The notes below the pieces were generated by a model, which worked only from the letters and a program-made list of their open reading frames with translations, was not told where the DNA came from and did not search any database. Positions 58,195-64,000 of a stretch of 64,000 bases of DNA are shown here, piece by piece. The stretch spans positions 13,593 through 77,592 of the forward strand of contig JBHHXT010000002.1 of the NCBI GenBank assembly GCA_046757165.1, read 5' to 3'. The DNA comes from a bacterium. Its GTDB lineage: Bacteria; Zhuqueibacterota; Zhuqueibacteria; Oceanimicrobiales; Oceanimicrobiaceae. Every line of letters begins with the position of its first letter. Position 1 is the stretch's first letter. The position numbers and the translations under genes are program-made.

Positions 58195-59521
58195 ACCATC
58201 TGTCCGGCAACTTGGCGTCAGAATCGTGAGTCAAGTTCGCCGGAATGGCCACTATGCAGATACGTTGCTGGAGAAAGCGCTGCGGCAAGGGCGCCTGAGC
58301 CAGACAGATAAATCGCTTCTGTCGGAGCTGGTCCATGGCACCATTAGACAGCGAGGCTATCTCGATTGGGTCCTGTCGCAACTTTACCGGGGAGATTTTG
58401 CCAGGTGCTCCGTAGAGCTCAAGAGTATTCTCGAGCTGAGCCTGTATCAGCTCGAGTTTCTGGATAAGGTGCCAGGATATGCCGCCGTGTCCGAAGGCGT
58501 CGACCTCGCCAGGCGGAAGGGTGGCGCCAGTTGGGCGGGGCTGGTAAACGGCATACTCCGGAGTTATCTGAGGGAAAAAAAGTCCTTGACGCTGCCATCT
58601 GTCGCGGACGATCCCGTGCATGCCATTGCAACACGCTATTCGCATCCGGAATGGATGGTCCGGCGGTGGTTGGCACGCTACGGCACAGAAGACACCGTCA
58701 GGTACTGTGAGTACAATAATCGTCGCCCAAAGATTTGCTTGCGTGTAAACACCAGCCGGATCGACAGAGACGGACTCATCGAGCAATTGCACGATTTGGG
58801 TCTCGAGGCGAATCCATCTGAGAATTTTGAGGAGTTTGTGCGACTAGACCGGTTGTATGATCTCACTTCGAGTCAACTTTTTACGCAAGGGTATTTTTCC
58901 ATCCAGGATGAGAGTACGGCAATCTCCTGCAAATTACTTGCGCCTCAAGAAGGTGAGGTGGTCGTGGATCTGTGCGCCGCTCCAGGTGGCAAAACGTGTT
59001 ATCTGGCACACCTGACGAATGATAGAGCTACAATCCTCGCGGTCGATACGAACGTGGAACGTCTGAAGAAGTTAAAGCAGAACACGAGTCGCTTTGGCTT
59101 ATCGGGTGTACAACCTTTGCACCAGGACGCCCGTCGTTTGAAAGGGACGAAGGTTGACAGAATCCTCTTGGATGTCCCTTGCTCCGGCCTGGGTGTTCTG
59201 TCGCGTCGGTCGGACCTGCGTTGGCGCCGCAATTTAGAGGAGATAGGGAAGGTGAGCCAACTGCAGCGAGCTCTGCTGGAGAATGCAAGTCAAATCCTGC
59301 GGCGCGGGGGCGTCCTGGTCTACAGCACATGCACGCTGGAACCGGAAGAAACCAGCCTGGCAATCGAGGCATTTCTCGTCGATCATCCCGGGTTTCGGGT
59401 CGACAGCGAGTATGAGTTAGACAAAATCTGCTTCAAGTCGCAGGACGGGTGCTGGCGCTCCCTGCCTTTCTTGCACGATATGGATGGCACCTTTTCAGTG
59501 CGTTTGGTAAGAGAATATTAG
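58139..59521 (+). CDS. rsmB: 16S rRNA (cytosine-C5) methyltransferase RsmB (Sun/NOP2 family)
   Basis: A NusB-like N-terminus. The SAM pocket is VVDLCAAPGGKT..DVPCSG..YSTCT. The start is probably slightly downstream of 58139, which overlaps fmt. Confidence 0.88.
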   Translation: MNFSWVTNSKTVTVLAQSRPSVRQLGVRIVSQVRRNGHYADTLLEKALRQGRLSQTDKSLLSELVHGTIRQRGYLDWVLSQLYRGDFARCSVELKSILELSLYQLEFLDKVPGYAAVSEGVDLARRKGGASWAGLVNGILRSYLREKKSLTLPSVADDPVHAIATRYSHPEWMVRRWLARYGTEDTVRYCEYNNRRPKICLRVNTSRIDRDGLIEQLHDLGLEANPSENFEEFVRLDRLYDLTSSQLFTQGYFSIQDESTAISCKLLAPQEGEVVVDLCAAPGGKTCYLAHLTNDRATILAVDTNVERLKKLKQNTSRFGLSGVQPLHQDARRLKGTKVDRILLDVPCSGLGVLSRRSDLRWRRNLEEIGKVSQLQRALLENASQILRRGGVLVYSTCTLEPEETSLAIEAFLVDHPGFRVDSEYELDKICFKSQDGCWRSLPFLHDMDGTFSVRLVREY

Positions 59522-59544
59522 TTGGACAGGATTAGGACAACGCC

Positions 59545-60312
59545 ATGGCTACAGCTAGAGTTATTCTAAGGAAGATTTTCACACGAAAACGAGTGTTTGT
59601 CGCATCTATCCTCTTTGGTATTCTTGTGGGCTTGGGCCTCCTGCTGGATGAGGTGATCATGCCGTGGTACACCAAACATGGTGAGGCACTCGAGGTCCCG
59701 AACATCGTGGCCAAACGGTATGAAGTTGCCCAGGAGGTGCTGGAAATGCAGGGTCTGGAGGCTGTGAAAGCCGGGGAAAAAACGGATCCCAACCTGCCTT
59801 TCGGATACGTCATCGAGCAGAATCCGGCCCCGAACCGGCTGGTCAAGAAGGGGCGGCGCGTCTACCTGACCATCAGTGTTGGCGAGCGAGAGGTGCTGGT
59901 CCCGAACCTGGTTGGCTTGTCTGAAAAGAATGCCGGAGAACGGCTGAAGAGTCTCGGTCTGCGTTTTGGGGAGATCGACTATGTTTACAAGCCGAACGAG
60001 GTCAAGGACGTTGTTCTCGCGCAGTCCCCGGAGGCAAACGCCCTGGTCACTGCGAGCTCTGCGATTGATCTGACAGTCAGCCTTGGGGAACCGACTGAAA
60101 ACGTGACCGTGCCTTCCGTGTTGGGAAAAAACCTCGAAGTCGCAGAACGCGAAATCAAAAAGGCCGGCCTGACCATGGGAGCGATTGCATACAGGGTGAG
60201 CGATCAGGTTCTGCCCAACACGATCATTGATCAATCCATCGCCGCGGGCCAGGTGGTTGAGCATGGTGACACCCTCAATTTGGTCGTCACCGTCGTCTCG
60301 CAGCCGGAGTAG
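59545..60312 (+). CDS. Membrane-anchored protein with three PASTA domains and no kinase domain
   Basis: An N-terminal TM helix (VFVASILFGILVGLGLLL) and three ~65-aa PASTA-like repeats (VPNIV.., VPNLVGLSEKNA.., VPSVLGKNLEVA..). Confidence 0.75.
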   Translation: MATARVILRKIFTRKRVFVASILFGILVGLGLLLDEVIMPWYTKHGEALEVPNIVAKRYEVAQEVLEMQGLEAVKAGEKTDPNLPFGYVIEQNPAPNRLVKKGRRVYLTISVGEREVLVPNLVGLSEKNAGERLKSLGLRFGEIDYVYKPNEVKDVVLAQSPEANALVTASSAIDLTVSLGEPTENVTVPSVLGKNLEVAEREIKKAGLTMGAIAYRVSDQVLPNTIIDQSIAAGQVVEHGDTLNLVVTVVSQPE

Positions 60313-60320
60313 TCGTCGCC

Positions 60321-60986
60321 ATGATCATTCTTGCCCCATCCATCCTTGCCGCTGATTTTGCCTGTCTAAAAGATCAACTCCAGGTCGCCGAAGAGGCTGG
60401 AGCAGACTGGTTCCATCTCGACATTATGGACGGCCACTTTGTGCCAAACATATCCTTTGGTCCCCTGGTGGTCGAAGCTGTTCGAAAAATGACTGAGAAA
60501 TGCGTCGACGTGCATTTGATGGTGGAGAATCCAGATGCACACATTCCTCAATTCGTTGATGCGGGAGCGGATATCCTGACCGTGCATGTTGAAGCCACCC
60601 GGCATCTCCACCGAACGGTCTCCTTGATCCGGGAGCATGGCGTGAAAGCCGGTATCGCGTTCAATCCCGCCACGCCGGTTTCTTTTCTTGCGCCGATCAT
60701 CGATCGAGTCGATCTGGTCCTGGTCATGAGCGTAAATCCCGGCTTCGGAGGGCAAACATTCATCAGAGGGGTGCTGCAAAAGATTGGAAGGATCGCAGTG
60801 GCCATCGCACAATCGGGTCGCGAAATATACCTTGAAGTAGATGGAGGGGTGGACGTCACAACCGCTCCGGGGGTGGTTCAGGCCGGAGGGAACGTTCTCG
60901 TAGCAGGTTCGGCTGTGTTTGGTGCCCCCAACATTGGCAAAGCAATTGCTGATTTGAAAAAGAGTTATAGCGGTCAAGAGATCTGA
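60321..60986 (+). CDS. rpe: Ribulose-phosphate 3-epimerase
   Basis: SILAADF, FHLDIMDGHFVPN and VMSVNPGFGGQ motifs. Confidence 0.93.
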   Translation: MIILAPSILAADFACLKDQLQVAEEAGADWFHLDIMDGHFVPNISFGPLVVEAVRKMTEKCVDVHLMVENPDAHIPQFVDAGADILTVHVEATRHLHRTVSLIREHGVKAGIAFNPATPVSFLAPIIDRVDLVLVMSVNPGFGGQTFIRGVLQKIGRIAVAIAQSGREIYLEVDGGVDVTTAPGVVQAGGNVLVAGSAVFGAPNIGKAIADLKKSYSGQEI

Positions 60987-61013
60987 TTTTTCAGAAGGCT
61001 TACGGAAAATGAC

Positions 61014-61042
61014 TTGACATAAATCAATCAAATAGTTATCTT
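61014..61042 (+). promoter_or_regulatory. Promoter-like TTGACA, 17-nt spacer, TATCTT upstream of cspA, with a strong AGGAGGAGG ribosome-binding site
   Basis: Seen in the sequence. Confidence 0.35.
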
Positions 61043-61086
61043 TTCATAAATTATGTAATTCTGTTTTCTAGGAGGAGGAAGTAAAA

Positions 61087-61287
61087 ATGGCTAAAGGTCG
61101 TGTAAAGTGGTTTAATGACCATAAGGGCTATGGCTTCATCGAACAGGAGTCTGGCGAAGATGTGTTTGTGCACTTTTCTGTGATAGAGATGGAAGGTTAC
61201 AAGACACTTCAAGAAGGAGCAGAGGTCGAGTTTGAATGTGTTTCAGGCGAAAAAGGGTTGCAGGCAACCAAAGTTGTTCAAGCTTAG
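61087..61287 (+). CDS. cspA: Cold-shock protein (CspA family)
   Basis: [21 protein letters not shown] carries the RNP1 and RNP2 motifs. Confidence 0.93.
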   Translation: MAKGRVKWFNDHKGYGFIEQESGEDVFVHFSVIEMEGYKTLQEGAEVEFECVSGEKGLQATKVVQA

Positions 61288-61334
61288 ATGCTTGGCACCC
61301 AGTAACCGACAAAAGCAAAACAGAACAACAGCCT

Positions 61335-61365
61335 AACCCCGATAACCATCGGGGTTTTGTTTATT
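61335..61365 (+). terminator. Rho-independent terminator after cspA (AACCCCGAT-aacc-ATCGGGGTT then TTGTTTATT)
   Basis: A perfect 9-bp GC-rich stem with a T-run. Confidence 0.7.
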
Positions 61366-61392
61366 CAGTTTGATTTTTGAGGAGTAAAAACT

Positions 61393-61827
61393 GTGAAAAT
61401 CACCAAAAAGGACATTGACAAAATAGCCAGTGCGTTAGGTGTAGAAGCTAAGTCGATGGGCAACAATTATCGATTGGTTCTGGAAAACAAGGAAGACGGC
61501 CGGAAACTTTCCCTGGAAATTTATCCCGATATTCCAATTGGAAATGAGACAGGCAATTTGATCAGCGTTTATACACACAACAGCCATCTGCAGCTCCACT
61601 TTTGCAGCGGCTATGTTGTCAGCGAAATGCTGGGGGAAGTGACGTTCATTGGAGAGCATCAAGGACGTTTATCCGGCCTCATCATTGAGAAGGAAGCCGG
61701 CTGTTCACTCTACGCCAACGTGAACGCAAGCTTATTGTCCGGTGATTTTACGAAGCTCGGCCCTGAAGTCATGCTCTCAGGTATTGCATTGTCATTGACT
61801 GAGGGAATTCTTCCTGGAAGCAGTTAG
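61393..61827 (+). CDS. Hypothetical protein (144 aa, GTG start)
   Basis: The ORF is of reasonable length. No recognisable motif. Confidence 0.4.
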   Translation: MKITKKDIDKIASALGVEAKSMGNNYRLVLENKEDGRKLSLEIYPDIPIGNETGNLISVYTHNSHLQLHFCSGYVVSEMLGEVTFIGEHQGRLSGLIIEKEAGCSLYANVNASLLSGDFTKLGPEVMLSGIALSLTEGILPGSS

Positions 61828-61837
61828 CAGCAACGTC

Positions 61838-62809
61838 ATGGATTCGCCTTGCGACCCGATCATGAAAGACACTCTGCAGGAGTTCCTGAGTTTTCTTCGC
61901 ATAGAAAAAAATGCCGCCAGCAATACCATAAACTCCTACCGTCACGACCTGAAGCGCTACATTCAGTTATTGCAAGAGCAAAGTCTCGAACGTTTCGAGG
62001 ATGTCGAGCCGCACCACATCCTTGATGCGCTCGCAAGACTGAGTGACAAGCAGTTGGCGGCAACGACTCAAGCCAGAAACTTATCCGCAATTAGAATGTT
62101 CCATCAATTCCTGGTACGGGAAGGGCTTGCAGAAACAAATCCGGCGAGCTTGGTCAATTTTCCCAGGTTGAAGAAATATCTGCCACACGCCCTCAACCAG
62201 CATGAAATAGAATCGATTCTCAATCAGCCAGATGTGTCGACACCCAAAGGGCTGCGAGACAAAGCCATGCTGGAATTTCTGTATGCCGCAGGCCTCAGAA
62301 TCTCGGAGTTGTTGGCCATGCGGCTGCCCAATCTATTCTTTGACGAAGGATTCATTCGAGTTCTGGGCAAAGGGAGCAAAGAGCGAATCGTCCCCATTGG
62401 GCAGCAGGCTATCGATTGCACCAAACTGTACCTGAGCAAGGTGAGACCGGTCATTGCAAGACCGTCGAAAAGTTCGAGCTTCGTCTTCCTGAATTGGCGT
62501 GGTGGGCAACTGAGTCGGATGGGGTTCTGGAAGATCCTCAAACAGTACGTGGCAATGACTGGAACTGACAGAAGGATTTCCCCCCACACGTTTCGCCACT
62601 CATTCGCGACGCACTTGATAGAAGGGGGGGCGGACCTCAGGGCCGTGCAGGAAATGCTCGGTCATGCTGACATCTCAACAACGCAAATCTACACGCATCT
62701 CGACAGGGAATATTTGAAGGAAGTGCATCGCAGTTTTCATCCAAGAGAAAAATATGGAGATTCAGGTTTAGATGCCTGCAACACCGACAAGTCGTCCGAT
62801 TCTTCGTGA
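61838..62809 (+). CDS. xerD: Tyrosine site-specific recombinase XerD/XerC
   Basis: The catalytic residues lie in RHSFATHLIEGGADLRAVQEMLGHADISTTQIYTHL (R..HxxR..Y). There is a short non-conserved C-terminal tail. Confidence 0.88.
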   Translation: MDSPCDPIMKDTLQEFLSFLRIEKNAASNTINSYRHDLKRYIQLLQEQSLERFEDVEPHHILDALARLSDKQLAATTQARNLSAIRMFHQFLVREGLAETNPASLVNFPRLKKYLPHALNQHEIESILNQPDVSTPKGLRDKAMLEFLYAAGLRISELLAMRLPNLFFDEGFIRVLGKGSKERIVPIGQQAIDCTKLYLSKVRPVIARPSKSSSFVFLNWRGGQLSRMGFWKILKQYVAMTGTDRRISPHTFRHSFATHLIEGGADLRAVQEMLGHADISTTQIYTHLDREYLKEVHRSFHPREKYGDSGLDACNTDKSSDSS

Positions 62810-63596
62810 GGAGATTGAGCCTTTGCTGGGGAACAAGTTGATCGGCAGGACGCTCCTTGCTTTCAACAAGTTAGGTTCGAGCAACGAGGTCGCCAAGAGA
62901 CTGGCCAAAAAGCAAGCATCCGAGGGGACGACTATCCTGGCTGAGCAACAAACTGGCGGGAGAGGACGGCAACAAAAAAAATGGTTCTCCCCTCCGTCCA
63001 CCGGGCTCTGGTTCTCTGTTATTCTCAAACCTCAGTGCCATCTTGACCGACTGGGACTTATCTCATTGCTAGCCTGTGTCGCGGTCTCCGATGCCGTGAA
63101 ATCAGAGTTGGGTCTCCGCCTGGCTCACAAATGGCCAAATGATCTCCTGAGCCACTCCAGGAAAGTGTGCGGTATCCTCATTGAGACAGAGTTCACCAGT
63201 CAGAAATTGTCGCATCTGGTCTTAGGGATAGGCATAAATGTGAACCAAATGGCGGCGGATTTTCCTGAAGAACTGATGGACACGGCGACATCCCTCAGAA
63301 TGGAAACCGGAGTGCTGGTCGACCGCCGCAGACTCCTTATCGCCGTATTGCGTGCGCTCGAGAAGTGCTATCTCAATTTTCTGCAACGTCGATTCGACTT
63401 GATCCTAAGAAAATGGAGGGATGGCTGCCCTTTCTTTCAAAGGACGATTTCAGTCGCCACGGATGGTGGCCGAGTCGAAGGCCTATTGGAAGATATCGAT
63501 GAATTTGGCAGACTTTGTCTCCGCCTGCCATCTGAAAGAACTATCGTTCTCAGCGTGGGCGATATACTCCTCCGCAACATGGAGGCAATACGGTAA
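62772..63596 (+). CDS. birA: Biotin--[acetyl-CoA-carboxylase] ligase (group I, no N-terminal HTH domain)
   Basis: GRTLLAFNKLGSSNEVA and QTGGRGRQQKKWFSP (the GRGRxGR motif). The 5-prime end overlaps the xerD tail, so the true start may be later. Confidence 0.8.
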   Translation: MPATPTSRPILREEIEPLLGNKLIGRTLLAFNKLGSSNEVAKRLAKKQASEGTTILAEQQTGGRGRQQKKWFSPPSTGLWFSVILKPQCHLDRLGLISLLACVAVSDAVKSELGLRLAHKWPNDLLSHSRKVCGILIETEFTSQKLSHLVLGIGINVNQMAADFPEELMDTATSLRMETGVLVDRRRLLIAVLRALEKCYLNFLQRRFDLILRKWRDGCPFFQRTISVATDGGRVEGLLEDIDEFGRLCLRLPSERTIVLSVGDILLRNMEAIR

Positions 63597-63781
63597 ATTT
63601 TCCACCTCGATGGCCATTTTTCAGCCACTCTTGCAGGCCTCAGCGCGATGTGTCACCCGACACGAGTTCGGATAACGCCAATAAACACAATGTCATGTTG
63701 CTAAGCAGCAAAGGTAGGCACGTTCGTTGCAGTTAGAAAAGATGCGGAGTTGTGCCCTTTTGAAATCACAAGCGTGATGCC

Positions 63782-64000
63782 ATGTACATACCCAGCATTC
63801 TTGTCGTTGATGACGAACCCATGATAAGTGGGATGTTGCAGGACGCCTTGAGCAAGAAAAACTACGAGGTCCGTGTCGCCGGTACTGGCAAGGCTGCTGT
63901 GGCCGCGCTGAAAGAACGGCAGTTTGATTTGGTCATCACAGACGTGTATTTGCCGGATTTGAACGGTATCGAAATCCTCAAGCGAGCCAAACAGATCGAG
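63782..64000 (+). CDS. Response-regulator receiver domain protein (truncated by the window end)
   Basis: ILVVDDEPMI..DLVITDVYLPDLNGIE is the canonical REC N-terminus. Confidence 0.6.
   Translation, partial: MYIPSILVVDDEPMISGMLQDALSKKNYEVRVAGTGKAAVAALKERQFDLVITDVYLPDLNGIEILKRAKQIE

Noticed and set aside
1-64000. CRISPR arrays, rRNA and tRNA genes
   Set aside because: I saw no regularly spaced direct repeats, no 16S/23S conserved blocks and no convincing tRNA structures in any intergenic region.

Overview
This is a 64 kb, gene-dense window with about 57% GC, almost all of it coding on the + strand. It looks like an uncultivated, Gram-negative-type bacterium; an outer-membrane beta-barrel protein, YajC, Tol-Pal-like TPR proteins and an MltG (endolytic murein transglycosylase) homologue support this. 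The first ~12.8 kb is an aromatic amino acid supraoperon: trpC-trpF-trpB-trpA, chorismate mutase, DAHP synthase (first enzyme of the shikimate pathway), tyrA, aroA-aroE-aroC-aroK, then a terminator, then a fusion of type II 3-dehydroquinate dehydratase with a GAF domain. Housekeeping and signalling genes follow: lon; a partner-switching module (STAS, RsbW-like kinase, GAF-PP2C) together with REC-PP2C, a permease and a site-2 protease; mltG, uvrD, a giant TPR protein; an ECF sigma factor with its anti-sigma and a VIT-vWA protein; nadC, uvrC, purL, a HAL-family MIO lyase, hisS, radA, tgt, yajC; def-fmt-rsmB with a kinase-less PASTA protein and rpe; cspA, xerD, birA. I found no rRNA, tRNA or CRISPR array. 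The most unusual points are three low-GC islets, one of which carries a frameshifted gamma-class N6-adenine methyltransferase relic inside the aro operon. Others are an AT-rich palindromic insert between trpB and trpA, a ~58-aa low-complexity insertion in TrpF, the AroQ-fRMsr-like GAF fusion, a beta-barrel-CpoB fusion, a small ORF translationally coupled to a CPBP protease, and a repeat-rich structured region upstream of fmt. No single clear-cut novel system stands out; the findings are mostly novel fusions, decayed foreign DNA and candidate cis-regulatory structures.
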